NCBI GenBank assembly: GCA_964247055.1
Contig: OZ176056.1
Span: forward strand, 7,378,001 to 7,442,000
Length of the DNA stretch: 64,000 nucleotides
Direction: 5' to 3'
From: Paragordius varius
Lineage: Eukaryota > Animalia > Nematomorpha
Shown here: positions 27,674 to 39,926 of the stretch, in pieces
Position numbering within the stretch: the first letter of the stretch is position 1
How the letters are laid out: every line of letters begins with the position of its first letter
The notes under the pieces: generated by a model
What the model was told of the DNA's origin: nothing
Databases searched by the model: none
What the model saw: only the letters and a program-made list of their open reading frames with translations
Translations under genes and position numbers: made by a program

Positions 27674-30600
27674 TTTCATTTATTGAAATTTAGATTGATT
27701 TATGTGTAAATTGCATATATTTATTTTAAAATATTTGTTGAAACTCTAAAATGTGTATTATTGGTTTGGCCCAGTTATTGGGATTCCATGGATTAATTTA
27801 CGATATATGTCTCTATCATTTGTTGCGTTTCGAGGTATGTTCAGGAATTTAAAATCTTGTCCTATGATTTGAGTCCAAGTTGTTTTAGGCCTCTCTTTAC
27901 GGTTGGTGGCAGAAATCTGTAAATCAAGAATTTCCTTTGCAGGTGAGTCTATACTGGATCTGTCTGTGTGTCCAAAATACCGAGGTCTATTTGTTCTGAT
28001 AAAAGCTGTTATTGGTTCTAGTTCAATGGTAGGATTTATCATCATATATTTTAGCATTTTATCTTCCGTTCTTTTCAATCTCGATTTTAATGTTTTTGTG
28101 ATTGCCCAGGTTTCGCAGGCGTGGTAAGGGTAGGGCCGACACCCACTTTGAACATTTTGATTTTATTTTTTACGGTCATGTCTTTATGTGTCAATACATA
28201 TTTGAGTTGGTTAAATTTTGCCCAGCCGAGTTTGATTCTATGTGATATGGTTGTTTGAGGGTCTCCATTATTATTACTGATATTACCTAAATAGGTGAAA
28301 TCGTTGACAATTTCGAACCTACAATCTTCGATACTAAACTCCCTAGATTTAGAGATGTTTGGTTTCCCTGATATACAGCTTTGGCATTTAAAATTTTTAT
28401 TGTCGACTAATTTTCCTTAATAATTTGGTAATATATAATATCTTTGATTTTTTATGTTTAATTTTACACTCTATTACCTTTTGGGGTAGTTTTTCTTAGC
28501 AGAGCGAATCGAAATCTGAGGATTCTAAAAGTATTCAAGATATTAAACCGAATTCAAAAATATGCTTTCGTTAGCGCTTTAGGCGCATTATACATTTTTT
28601 TTAAAAAAATGTAAAATTGTAAAAAATCCTCCTCTCAAACTTTTTTGCCGCCATTTTTATATTGGTTAGAAAATAATTAAAATAATTATTTTTATTAATT
28701 TTTTATTTTAATATCAACTGTTCGTTACAATTGTGTTTTGGAGCTGTAGACTCCATGGAATTCACAAACTTTTAAATAGTCTACGCTTTTTTATTAAATA
28801 TTTTGATAATTAAATTTTAACTAAAATAACTTTTAAAACTGTAGTTGTATTATAAAATTGAGCTTTGGGGCATAAAACTACCCTAAAATGTTAACTATGA
28901 CAAAAAAGTGAAAAGGTAAGGAAGGAATTGTTAATAACAATTGTTTTATAAGCTGGCAAAAAATTTTTGTCAAATTTTTATTGTGTTTTTATAAGAAAAA
29001 TGGGGGATATTTTGAATTTTAATATAAAATATCATATGTAATACTATTCATAGGTTTTTTTAGTTTAACATCCGACAATTAACCATAAATTGATACTTTT
29101 TACCCGTAATTAAGTTTTGTTAATTGTTTTCTTATAAGTTTTTATGGAGAAAAATGGAATATATAGTAGACCTTAAAAAGTGAGACTTTCAGGTAATGTG
29201 AGGATAATTTTTAGTTATTTAATCATTAAAATATTTAAATAAGGAAAACAACACATATTGTTCTTGTGCAAAAATTATAATTTTAATAACTTTCATAAAC
29301 AGAAAATTGATTGAGATTTCTTAACTACCTTAAAAATTCATCTTTTGATGATGTCAATTCAGACCTGAACTTTAAATGTATATAAACTTTTAGAAAAAAG
29401 TATAATGATATTATACTACCTAACAACAGTAATTAATTTCTTTAAATTTCAACAAAAAAAATCATATTTTTACAAAAATTAAATGATTTTACAACTATAT
29501 ATGCCATTTAAATAACATTAATTGTGTTAACAAATCTATATGCCTTATTTCGCTACCCAAATAGGTGGTTTTTATATAAAAATTATTATCAAGGGTTATG
29601 ATGGTACTAAATTTGTTACTTTTATTTTTAATCATTTTTTAATGATTGAACTTTTAAGTTTAGGATTACCCCAACAAATATATTATTCTGTTAATTTTTA
29701 CGTTGTTTTACTTGTCTTTTTTTAAACTTTTGAATTTTAATGTAAAAATTTTTCCATATGTTTTTTACATTTATTTATATAGATATTTTCGCCCATTACG
29801 CCCTATAAGAATAATCCCTGGATATACACCTATAGTCCAAAATCACGTCTCTGTACCTTTAACGTTAAGTCAGAATCTTTTAACAAGCGCTGCAAGAAAG
29901 TTTCAAAAACGGTGGTTTAGTAACACATCTAGTAATTAATTTTTTTTAATTTAATTAAATTTTTTTCTTATATAATTTTTTGTTTTTTTTTTCATGTTTT
30001 TATAGTTATCTATATGAGTTTTTTTTGCAAAAACATATGGTTTGTAATACATTAATAAATTATTCAATTAAATATTTAAATTTAACATAATTTTTTGGGT
30101 CTTGAACAATTTTTTTTGAAGTTTTAGAAATATTCTCATAAATAATGATGTACTTTCAAACATTTTAACATGGTTTATTTGGCAATACTGAGAAAAATAG
30201 ATATATTGGTTTATTTTTGATAAAAAAAACTATAGATTCGCCTGAGGAAACTACAAATAATCCAGATGAAATGGAAATAAATATTAATGATATGGATACA
30301 ATTAACGATGATGAAAAGACGAATCCATTATCCCTTATGAATAGCAGTTCCAAAAATATTTATTCTACCAGGTAAAAAGAAATAAAATTTATTTGGCTAT
30401 AACTTGAAATACTTTTGTTAAAATCATTGAAATTCTGACATTTTGCCGTCTCTTTAAACCATATTTTTGTTTTATACAGTATATATATACCATTATTCAC
30501 CCTCGAACAATTCAAATTCACCCTTAAACAATTCAAATTCACCCTCAAATAAAATATATGTTTTTTGAGATAAAAAATTACCTATATTTTAATATATTTT

Positions 30601-31566
30601 TTAAAAATGAAAATTTTGTTTTTGATTAAAATAATACTGAAAAAATAATAAACTATGCCATAAAGATATATTTCTCATATAATTAATGAGTTTTATTAGT
30701 TCGAAAACACATAATTTATTTTTAGGGTGAATTTGAATTGTTCGAGGGTGAATTTGAGCTGTAAATGATATATAGCTATTATCTTTGTATATATTATAGG
30801 TTAGATTTATCGAGGCAAGATAGTTTGGATATGGATAATGAAAATATTCTCCAACCTAATAATACTTACAAGTCTAGAAAAGCTCTGTCCGACACAGAAG
30901 GCCCAGAAAATTCTAATAATATTGATCAAGATTTTTATCAAGAATATTCTAATGATTCTGATGATTCTGAAGAGTTTGATTCTAAATCAAATAATTCAGA
31001 TTCTGAAACTTCGACCAACAATACCTCTGGGGGTGATAATGTTTACACTTCACTAACAACATACCGGGATGATCACAATACTAGTTTTGATGAAGGTATA
31101 TATATTATATATTGTGTGTATGTCTTTAAAAAGTTTTACAAAGAATTTGACCCTAATATTAGGAAACATATTGCCAAATATTGAGCCAAGTATTGTTTAT
31201 AAGGTTTTAGGTCTGTTTCGCTTGAAGAATTGATTTATATATGGTGAGGAAAGAGTTTTAATTAGTGAAAAAATATGATTATAACACTTGAATTTCAAGA
31301 TAGACATAATTGTTTCAACTTTTTGTAGAATATTTAATTATAGAAATCGAGTATCAAAAATAATATAGATGCGAGCCCAATTCATTTTTATTTAAGGTTT
31401 TTACGTCAATTAAAACATATTTTTTTTTGTTTTATTTTATACTAAAATATTTATCACCTTATATAATTTAACAAAAAGTTCACTAATTTTTTAATTACAT
31501 CACAAATTTTATTAATTTGATATACTATAACGAATCCATATTGTAATAATAATTTGAACTTACCTT

Positions 31567-31616
<50 letters not shown>

Positions 31617-32357
31617 ATTTACCCTCGAACAAATCAAATTTACCCTAAAATTATCTGTTTTCGGTCTAGTATATCATTAATATGAAATATATCCTAATGG
31701 CATAGTTTACTATTTTTTCACTATTATTTAAATTTTAAACGAAATTTCATTTTTGAAAATATGTTATGATTTTTAATCTTAAAAACACTTACTTTATTAT
31801 AGGGTGAATTTGAAGTGTTTGAGGGTGAATTTGAATTGTTCAAGGATGAATTTGAATCGTTCGAGGATAAATTTGAATTGTTCGAGGGTCAATTTGAATT
31901 GTTCGAGGTAACTGTAAATGGCATTACATATTTACGCATTTTATTCAGTAAGATTCTAATTTTAAACAATTACATTTATATTATACCACCTTAATCTAAT
32001 TTGGATGTAGGTAAAAAACGTCGGAATAAAACGAAACGTGCAAAATCTAGTCCTATAACAACAACCTTAGGTACATCCTTTGAACCAAATGACAGTACCA
32101 CCACAAGCATTACCAAAAATAGGCGACAAAAAGCCCGACAAAGAAATAAACCCCAAAAAGGTGCTAAAAATAGCATGGGAACGACGCAATCTTCGTTTAA
32201 TCGAGATTCTGTTCTTATACCTATCCCTGAATCTCAAACGCTTGGAATTGATTCTTTTGATTTTGGGAAAAAGATTTTACATGCCAGTTGGCACCCGCGG
32301 GAAGATATAACCGCCATAGCTACCAACAATAATTTATATCTTTTTCAACGCATCTAA
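14566..32357 (+). CDS. PPP2R2: PP2A regulatory subunit B55/PR55 (WD40), 14 exons, about 802 aa
   Basis: Exons 14566-14572, 14604-14666, 14933-15105, 15931-16090, 16718-16908, 21659-21806, 23524-23688, 24705-24901, 26405-26544, 27410-27631, 29783-29911, 30201-30371 (boundary least certain), 30800-31095, 32011-32357. All introns GT-AG and frame-consistent (2409 nt). Motifs [83 protein letters not shown]. Confidence 0.95.
16876..20540 (+). repeat. Tandem array (about 25 diverged units of about 140-175 bp) derived from the B55 exon 5 / intron 5 junction
   Basis: Recurrent tgtact/ccacgtataaaatcgac(c/a)gaactaatg|gt(gat/ttt)...attaaaatttagtttggg..tgaaattgcatgggttattataaggaa. About 20 units keep the donor-like motif. 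Confidence 0.95.
22925..23545 (+). repeat. Tandem array (4 units, spacings 162/147/152 bp) derived from the B55 intron 6 / exon 7 junction
   Basis: aatctaatgatattataatggtag|atatagttgatcttaaaccaca repeated, with post-AG starts at 23063, 23225, 23372 and 23524. Confidence 0.95.
23752..24029. mobile_element. Tc1/mariner-type MITE family C (cagtaaaaattgaaattatacggacaaaacgtaaaaatat TIR)
   Basis: This copy has inverted ends and TA flanks. Ends or fragments also at about 6446, 22043, 26730, 49880, 53040, 53290 and 60770. Confidence 0.7.
24503..24687. mobile_element. Hairpin/MITE-like inverted repeat just upstream of B55 exon 8
   Basis: Arms of about 55 bp: gtcaaacatacgtttttacttgattttgctttgtttttaattgtt versus aacaattaaatacaaagtaaaatcaatcaaaaatgtatgtttgac. 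Ends 17 nt before the exon start at 24705. Confidence 0.6.
27750..28410 (-). mobile_element. 5'-truncated RTE-like non-LTR retrotransposon fragment, antisense in B55 intron 10
   Basis: Translates as ...[18 protein letters not shown]...[19 protein letters not shown]...[13 protein letters not shown] /frameshift/ [11 protein letters not shown]...KRTEDKMLK...[10 protein letters not shown]...[16 protein letters not shown]...[10 protein letters not shown], matching the post-RT C-terminal region of RTE-clade LINEs. Confidence 0.8.
28483..28883. mobile_element. MITE with ggggtagttt / aaactaccc ends (related copies at about 36732-37173 and 59391-59720)
   Basis: Shared internal blocks (gccgccatttttt, aatatcagctgtt...gtgttttggagctgt) in three places. 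Superfamily not assignable because no TSD is clear. Confidence 0.6.
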
Positions 32358-33334
32358 GAACGAGCATTGTTTATAATATAAATCAGTAAAAACATAAAAT
32401 TATAAAGGGTGACAAGTTAAATAAACTAAAAGACTCCTTTTTTAATATATGATATATGATAGCTAAGTATTCTTTTTTAAACCCTGTATTTTTAGCTTTC
32501 TAACCTATGGTTTAAGGTGCAAAATATGGGATAGATTTGTAAATTGGTAACACACATATTCTGTATGAAATTATATTTAGAATGATATACAAAAAAATTA
32601 GGTTTTAATAAAGCATGACCTTGTAAAGTTTTTACGTTTTGTTTTATATCGAGAATATCCAAGATAGACATGATATGATATCACGTTAACTTTTTTCAAA
32701 AATACTCTGTCTGATAATATGCACACAAACACACCCACTTAAAATTTTGGAATTACCTACAACTTTTGTAAATAATTTGGATTTAAATTATGATTTTTAA
32801 TTTTTTTCAAATAATATTATTTTAGGCTATACCATATCCTATCCTATCATATTCAACTGTAAATATAAATTATATAAATTAATTTTATTAATTTGATTCT
32901 TCCTATATTTATCCACCTTGATTTTCTCCTTAAAAAATAAAATTTTTAATTATGTCAACAATTATGTAATTATAATTACATTTGCCACGTCTCTTTGATT
33001 ACTGAAAAAAATATTTTTAATTGTAAATAATTTATTATGAAATAAATATGTTGTAACATATAATGCTATTTGACAAAATTTTACTATTTACCTGCAATTT
33101 TTGCGGCTTACAAAAATATGAGTTACAAAAAATATTTTGAAATTTGTATTTGATATTTACACAAAATTTAAGCTTTTTCGAATTTTGGCTAAATATAAAT
33201 GGCAAATCAATTATCTTTTATGCTTTTAAATTTAATTACCGTGTGAATTTGGAATAGAATATAATTAATTCATGGCTACTGTAGAGTTCAACCCATTTAA
33301 TTATTTTATATTTTTTCATATTCTCTCATAGATA

Positions 33335-33598
33335 TACCATTAAATTCAAATTCACCCTTAAACAATTCAAAATCACCCTCAAATAAATTAAAATCAAAAT
33401 TACCTATATATTTTTAAAAAATGGAATTTTGTTTAAAATTAAAACTTTACTGAAAAATGATTAATCTAAGCCATAAAGATATATTTCATATTAAACATGA
33501 GGTATATTAGCTCGAAAACACATAATTTATATTCAGGGGTATTTGAATTGTTCGAGGGTTTTGAAATGTTCAAGTGTGAATTTGAATTGTAAATGGTA
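33335..33598. mobile_element. Foldback-like MITE family B with tandem 21-bp subterminal repeats (about 9 copies)
   Basis: Termini taccattta / taaatggta with 1-5 copies of aacaattcaaattcacccttg in each arm. Copies at about 4910-5140, 11342-11655, 20665-20900, 26000-26350, 30488-30770, 31610-31920, 33335-33598, 34958-35286 and 54601-54917. Confidence 0.85.
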
Positions 33599-36500
33599 TA
33601 TATCAAATAATTTTTGTCCATAATTAAATAAAACAATATGATTTTTTAAGATATAAAAAATGTGTTTAATTTGAGCCATATATGTTTTTTTAAAATGCAA
33701 CTGTATTATTGGCTAGAAAAATAATGTGAATTGACAAATAATAAAGTCCGCCCCGTTATATGAACACCTCCTACAAAAAACTTTGTTGCTGAATTTTATA
33801 TGTTTTATTAAAGTCTATCGATACCGAATCGGAATATGATCATTAACTCAGTCTAACTCTTATATATGTTTAAAAAATTATAGTATCTATCATACAATCC
33901 AAAATAACTTAGTTTTATTTTGGAACATTGAATTACTGCATTCTTTAACCGAGGGTTAAAAACTAGTTCCCATCATTTTATTGCAAAGTGCAGCTTTGAA
34001 TAAACAAAAATTCGACATGTTTTAAAAATTATGATTGTCCTTAAATAAAATATGAATGATCACCATATATTCTAGATTGAACTTCGTTTTCCGGAAAAAG
34101 TAGTCGTTTTAAATCGCGTTTTAGTGTTAAAAAACAACTATTTTTATATGTGGTGACAGAGGGATCAATTTAAGAAAGTTATCTTGGCATATTATATAAA
34201 TGAATCATTAATATCCAAATGTCTAATATGGATGACCTTTCGAAAAGTTTTTATAGTCTACGTTCTACAGTAGTTTTATATTAATGGTGAACTTTTTTTG
34301 CCATTGATAGAAACTCACGTATTTAACTATGTATTCTGTTGCATGCATGATTTTTTTCTATAAATATATACCTTCATATAAGTTTCAATAAAAATTGGAA
34401 AAAATTAATTAAGAACAAAATTTATTGATTTTTATCTTTTGTTTTTTTTCGTCATTAGGGACCACCTTAGAAATTAGAGAGAGAGACGCAATTATCATAA
34501 AATATATATAGCAAGTCTAATATGTTTTAAAAATGTATTGCATATTAAAATATTCCTGGATTTACTTTTTTAAGGAATGCTATATATCAAGGTCAAATGC
34601 ACCTCGTAACAAGTGTCACACATCTCTATTTATATTTATATATCTTTATAAATTGCTTCTTTTGTTTTGTATAATATAATTAACATATATGATGGGATTC
34701 TCTCAGGTATCTTGAAAAAATTAATAAATATCTAATATAATAATATGTTATATACCTTCATATTCAATTAAACTTAACACTTTTGAAGCAAATCCAACAT
34801 GTTTCCATTTAAACTCAAAATTTTTCCTAATCAACATTAATTAATTTTATGCATGGCATGTATCATCGGTATATTTCTTCAAGTTTTTAATTAAATTTCA
34901 TATTGCATAAGGGTTAAAGTTTTCTTTGAAACATTTAATTTAAAATTATTTGTAATATATACCATACAGTTTAAATTTACCCTTAACTAAAATATATTAA
35001 CCCTTGAACGATTTATATTCACACTCGAACAACTCAAATTCACCCTAAAAATAAATTATGTGTTTTTTAAGATAAAAAATTACCTATATTTTTTTTATTT
35101 TTTAAAAAATGAAATTTCCTCCAAAAATAATATACTCAAAAACTAATAAATTATGCCATAAAGATATATTACATATGAATAATGAGTTATATTAGCCCGA
35201 AAACACATAAATTATTTTTAGGGTGAATTTGAGTTCGAGAGTGAGTTTGTATCGTTCAAAGGTGAATTTGAACCGTAAATGGTATATATTAAAAAAACAA
35301 AAATGAATATCAATTAAATATTAAGTGACTGACTATACATGGTAATTAAAAATTTTTCATTTAAAATCAGTTTATTACAAAAATGGATTATGTTTGAGTG
35401 AAAGTCTTTTTGTCGATTGTTAAGTAAGTGGCGTAGAGGGGAGAAGGGGGGGGGGGGCAGATGCATAGGGAGCCATAGTTGAAGGGGCGTTGGGTTTTAA
35501 AAAAATTTAATTTTATTTAAAAAAATAGGTATTTATAAGTTTTTATTTTAAATATAATACTTAAAAAATCACTCATTTATGAGTGTTCCACGGTTTGAAT
35601 TTGATTATTTTATAAAATTCAAGGGATAGCTTAGAGGGGGCGCTATCACGGATTCATATATTGGGCGCCAGAAATGTAAGCTACGCATCTGGAAAAGTGC
35701 TAAGTTTGGGAAACATGTAAAGTTAATATAAACAGTTTTGATTGATTTCAAATTACGATGAATTTAAATACTAATTCCTAAAAGATATATTATAGATTCG
35801 AATAATTTTTTACCTCATGCAACTTTTTACATCTAATTTATTTTTAAAAAAAATTCAAAACACCCTTCTTTACTATTCCCTATAAAAATTATATATTCGG
35901 TACATTTTAACTTTACAATTTTTTATGGTCATTTTTGTTTAAATAATTTTATACCTATTTTCTAAGAGACAAAGTTAAGTGTATTGTATAGGGCACTAAA
36001 TTGTTTCCGATTTCAGAATTAAGAGATCAAAAGCATATTTAATACCGACGCCCTGTCTACCTTTTAAGGTTTATTTTAGCCTTTATGTGTGGCCCAAATG
36101 TAAAATGGTACTGTAAGGAATAAATCAAACAGTTTCTAATCTATATATTAAAAATTATTTTAAAAATCTTAAAAAATGACCTTTTTTATAAAAAAATATC
36201 ATTTCTTGTAGACACGAGAAGGCTCACGTGAACTATGGGTATAAACAGGAAAATAAAAAATTTTAAATTTTTTTTTATATTTTTATGAACGACGCTAAGA
36301 AATGGAAGTTACATTAATAAATTTTAAAGGTTAACTAAAAGGATTAATTTGGGGTTTGATTTATTATTTTATTTAGATAATTTGTTGTAGAGTTTTTTAA
36401 AAAATAAGGAAATTATTTTAAAGTTTGCGTGACTGACTATGGACCCTAATTTTTTACATTTTCAAATTGAATAATAATAATATGTTATTTATAAAATATT

Positions 36501-37686
36501 TTATAAATTTTATTTAACATTTTTGCTACAATCATCTAATTAAAATTTTATGATATATTTAAAAGATAAATTGATAACAAATATATAAAATTATTTTTTT
36601 AACAATAATCTATTGAGAATTGTTTAGGGGTTAATATGGTCCTAAAATCAAGATATTTTTAAATATCCATTTTCCATAATTTCGCAATCAAACAATTATG
36701 TGCAATCTAACTTAACACTTCAAGATATTTTGGGGTAGTTTTATATCCCAGAGCGATAAAAAATTTGAATATCCTATACCTAAGGCATATACTAAATTAA
36801 AAATATACTTTTTAACTTTTAGGGGCGCATACAAAAATTTTTTAAAAATGTAAAATTATATAAAACTGACATCGCCGCCATTTTTTTGTATTTATTTTTT
36901 TTGCTATACAATAGGCAAATAAAGGTATATTTAGGATAAAAGAAATAAGTAATTAACTTAAATAGGCTCTCAGGTTGCATTTTACCAGCAAAAATTTGAT
37001 ATTTATTTAATATCAGCTGTTTAGTTCAATCGTGTTTTGGAGCTGTCCCTATTTGTGATTCAGAAGTCACAAAACTATAGAAAATATAATCCATCTTATT
37101 TTTTTAAAGGAATGTTCAATAATTAAATTAAGTGAAACAGTTGTTTTTGAGCTCTAGAATATAAAACTACCCCAATATGTCATCGTGGATAATAATGAAA
37201 AGGTCGTCAAGTGTTAAAATGATCATATTTAAAAAATTTATGAGCTGTAAAATAACTATTTTTATCATTTACGTCACTAGCAAAATTTTAGTTTAATAAT
37301 AAATAATTAATTTTATGGTATGGTTGATTTTAAATTTAAACACTTCATCAAGAGTTTACGTGGTGTTTGTATAAAAATTTGTAGTTTTTTAATATTGTTT
37401 TGGTATAAGGGACATATTAATTACATTATTACTTTTGGATAATATATAATTTTTAAAAACTTTTTTGTAGCTATATTAAAAGAATGAAAAAACTGGCACA
37501 CAAAAATCTAGGAAACCTTATAAATAGAAATCCAAAACAAAAAGATTTTCAGTATTACTTAAAACTCTCGTATGCATACCCGTGGCAGAGAAAATTATAT
37601 TAACACAAACACTGATTGGCATCACAAAGAAAATTTTATTTATTCAATTTTACAACACAATAAAGCTACCATTTTTAATCATTTTA

Positions 37687-39069
37687 ATGGATTTATGTTC
37701 CAATGCGGTAAATCACCAACTGATTCAAGGTCAGAATAAAACTAGTGTGACAAAAACTTTCAAGGAAAAATTGGATTTTTTAAAGCGTCAATTCTTTATC
37801 TTTAATAAAATTGCATTCTCGTCTCCACAAAAGGAGGAGAAGGAGGTATTAAACCTAATCAAAAATGGAAGTGGTATATATGACATTAATTCTCTGATGA
37901 TATGGACCCCTACAGATTCGACAAAGATATTAAATCATAAAATGGATTACATAAATGATTTACACGATAAGAAAAAATCTATGATATATGTTCAGAGAAC
38001 TGGCGTCAAGTCCATCTCCAACATCATTGCTGAAGGCAAAGGGATTCGCATAAATTCGTATAATAAATGGTCATTTAATAATGTCCTTGATAGTTTTAAG
38101 AATTCGGAGACAACTAACACTTTAATTCACGATTTAAAACCCATCCATGACTCCATACAAGATTCTCATTGGATCCGTCCGTACTTTACCAAGGGTCAAA
38201 TCCATCAAATATCAAATTTTTTATTTTTAAGCGATATCGATGTAGCTCACACCGAACAGGTCTTGTGTAAATTAAATATTGAAGGTATAGTTGATGTTTG
38301 CGGCCTGTCTTTGGGCCAAATGGAAAGTCGACTCGGGAGAAAATTAACAAATGGAAGTAATTCCATTTTTAATTCGTGTACTTGCTCAATCGATAAGGTA
38401 CCACATGTTCAAGCTAAACTTAAAATAAATTTGATACCCTTTAAACGAGAATGCGTAAATGGTAGAAACCTTAAAGAAGCTAGAAGTACTGAAAATATAA
38501 CGCATATCCATAAAAATCAGAGGCAAAAACTCAAAAAATCTCAAAAATTTAACTTTTCGACCCATGATCTCTCCCATAAAAATCAAAACGATTATACCGC
38601 ACAAACGCAATGCCATACGACTACGAAAGATATCCTTACATCGTTTGAGGAAATAAATCGTTTTCTCGATTACTATCGGCAAACGGGAAAGCGTGTCCTA
38701 ATATTTTGTGAGTCTGGGCAAAATATTTGTGTGGCTGTTACCGTCGCTTACTTTATGCGAGAAAGTGGTTTACCATTACGGAAATGTTATCAAATTATCA
38801 AAGAGATTTTGGGTATAGGTAGTTTTTCTAATTCCAATGATCTCAAAATTGAATTGACTTACGCTATCAACAACAACAATACATATAAAAATGATTGGGA
38901 AATAAAGATTGAAAATGAATTGCAAATTGGTTTATTTGCTTATGAAAGATATCTCTGTTACATTTCAAATCGGGCATCCGATTTTGATAATTATTTTTTT
39001 ACCATGCACTTTATACGAAATGTTTTAATGAAAACCGTAGTAAAAACTTCGGTTCATCCAAATTTGTAA
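37687..39069 (+). CDS. Dual-specificity phosphatase-fold protein, probably catalytically dead (460 aa, intronless)
   Basis: Long ORF (first ATG 37687). DSP motifs QISNFLFLSD...A...L..LNIEGIVDV, DILTSFEEINRFLD and VLIFCESGQNICVAVTVAYFMRE...LRKCYQIIK, compared with canonical VLVHCxxGxSRS...AYLM. Confidence 0.8.
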   Translation: MDLCSNAVNHQLIQGQNKTSVTKTFKEKLDFLKRQFFIFNKIAFSSPQKEEKEVLNLIKNGSGIYDINSLMIWTPTDSTKILNHKMDYINDLHDKKKSMIYVQRTGVKSISNIIAEGKGIRINSYNKWSFNNVLDSFKNSETTNTLIHDLKPIHDSIQDSHWIRPYFTKGQIHQISNFLFLSDIDVAHTEQVLCKLNIEGIVDVCGLSLGQMESRLGRKLTNGSNSIFNSCTCSIDKVPHVQAKLKINLIPFKRECVNGRNLKEARSTENITHIHKNQRQKLKKSQKFNFSTHDLSHKNQNDYTAQTQCHTTTKDILTSFEEINRFLDYYRQTGKRVLIFCESGQNICVAVTVAYFMRESGLPLRKCYQIIKEILGIGSFSNSNDLKIELTYAINNNNTYKNDWEIKIENELQIGLFAYERYLCYISNRASDFDNYFFTMHFIRNVLMKTVVKTSVHPNL

Positions 39070-39798
39070 CGAAAATGGAACATATCAGAAATAATTCTAG
39101 GCATAGTAATGAAACGATAGAAGACAGTGGATGTTTTAATGAAGATAATTACTCATAAATATATTTACAGTATTCATTTTAATGACTGCTTATTTCACAC
39201 TATAGTAACACATGAGTGTATGGAAAAAAGTAAGGAAACAATTGTTTCTTGTACATATTGTTGTTATTTCCATACACTACTGTGTTGCAAATTGCCCTAT
39301 TATAGTGTGAAATAAACAACCGTTAAAATGCATACTGTATATGCTAATGTGATAATTATTATTAAATCATAAATATATTTATTTGTATTCAAATTATACA
39401 TTAGGACAAAAAATAAAAATAAGTATTTTAAATTATATTTATGCATTATACATCATGTTTCCGAATCAAAAAGTTTAAAATTATCCCGTTATACATTTAT
39501 TGTTACGGTCTGGGCTGTATATAATATACAGCATGATTTAAAAATTCAAAATTTTTATTTAGTAAATTGTGTAGCTTAATTGGGTGCGAAATATGGCAAA
39601 TAAAATTATTTTTACAACCATTTTGTAATGACGGTCAAACTAAACAGAAAATGGTTAAGTTTGGTGGATTGGAATATTTTACAATGTTATAAAATGCTAA
39701 AAGTATATATATAAAATTGGTTTTTTCTGAAAACAAAAATGTAATGATAAAATCATTATGTATAAATAGTCAATAAGGGATTAATTTAAGTTATGAGT

Positions 39799-39884
39799 TA
39801 CCCGTCAAAATAACGTTTTCTCAGTCAATCGAAACATCTTCCCAAATCGAAACGTTTTCCCAGTTTAATAATAATATTTAAACA

Positions 39885-39926
<42 letters not shown>

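Noticed and set aside
37582-37686. GTG-started N-terminal extension of the phosphatase-like ORF
   Set aside because: In a eukaryotic context the first ATG (37687) is the more likely start.
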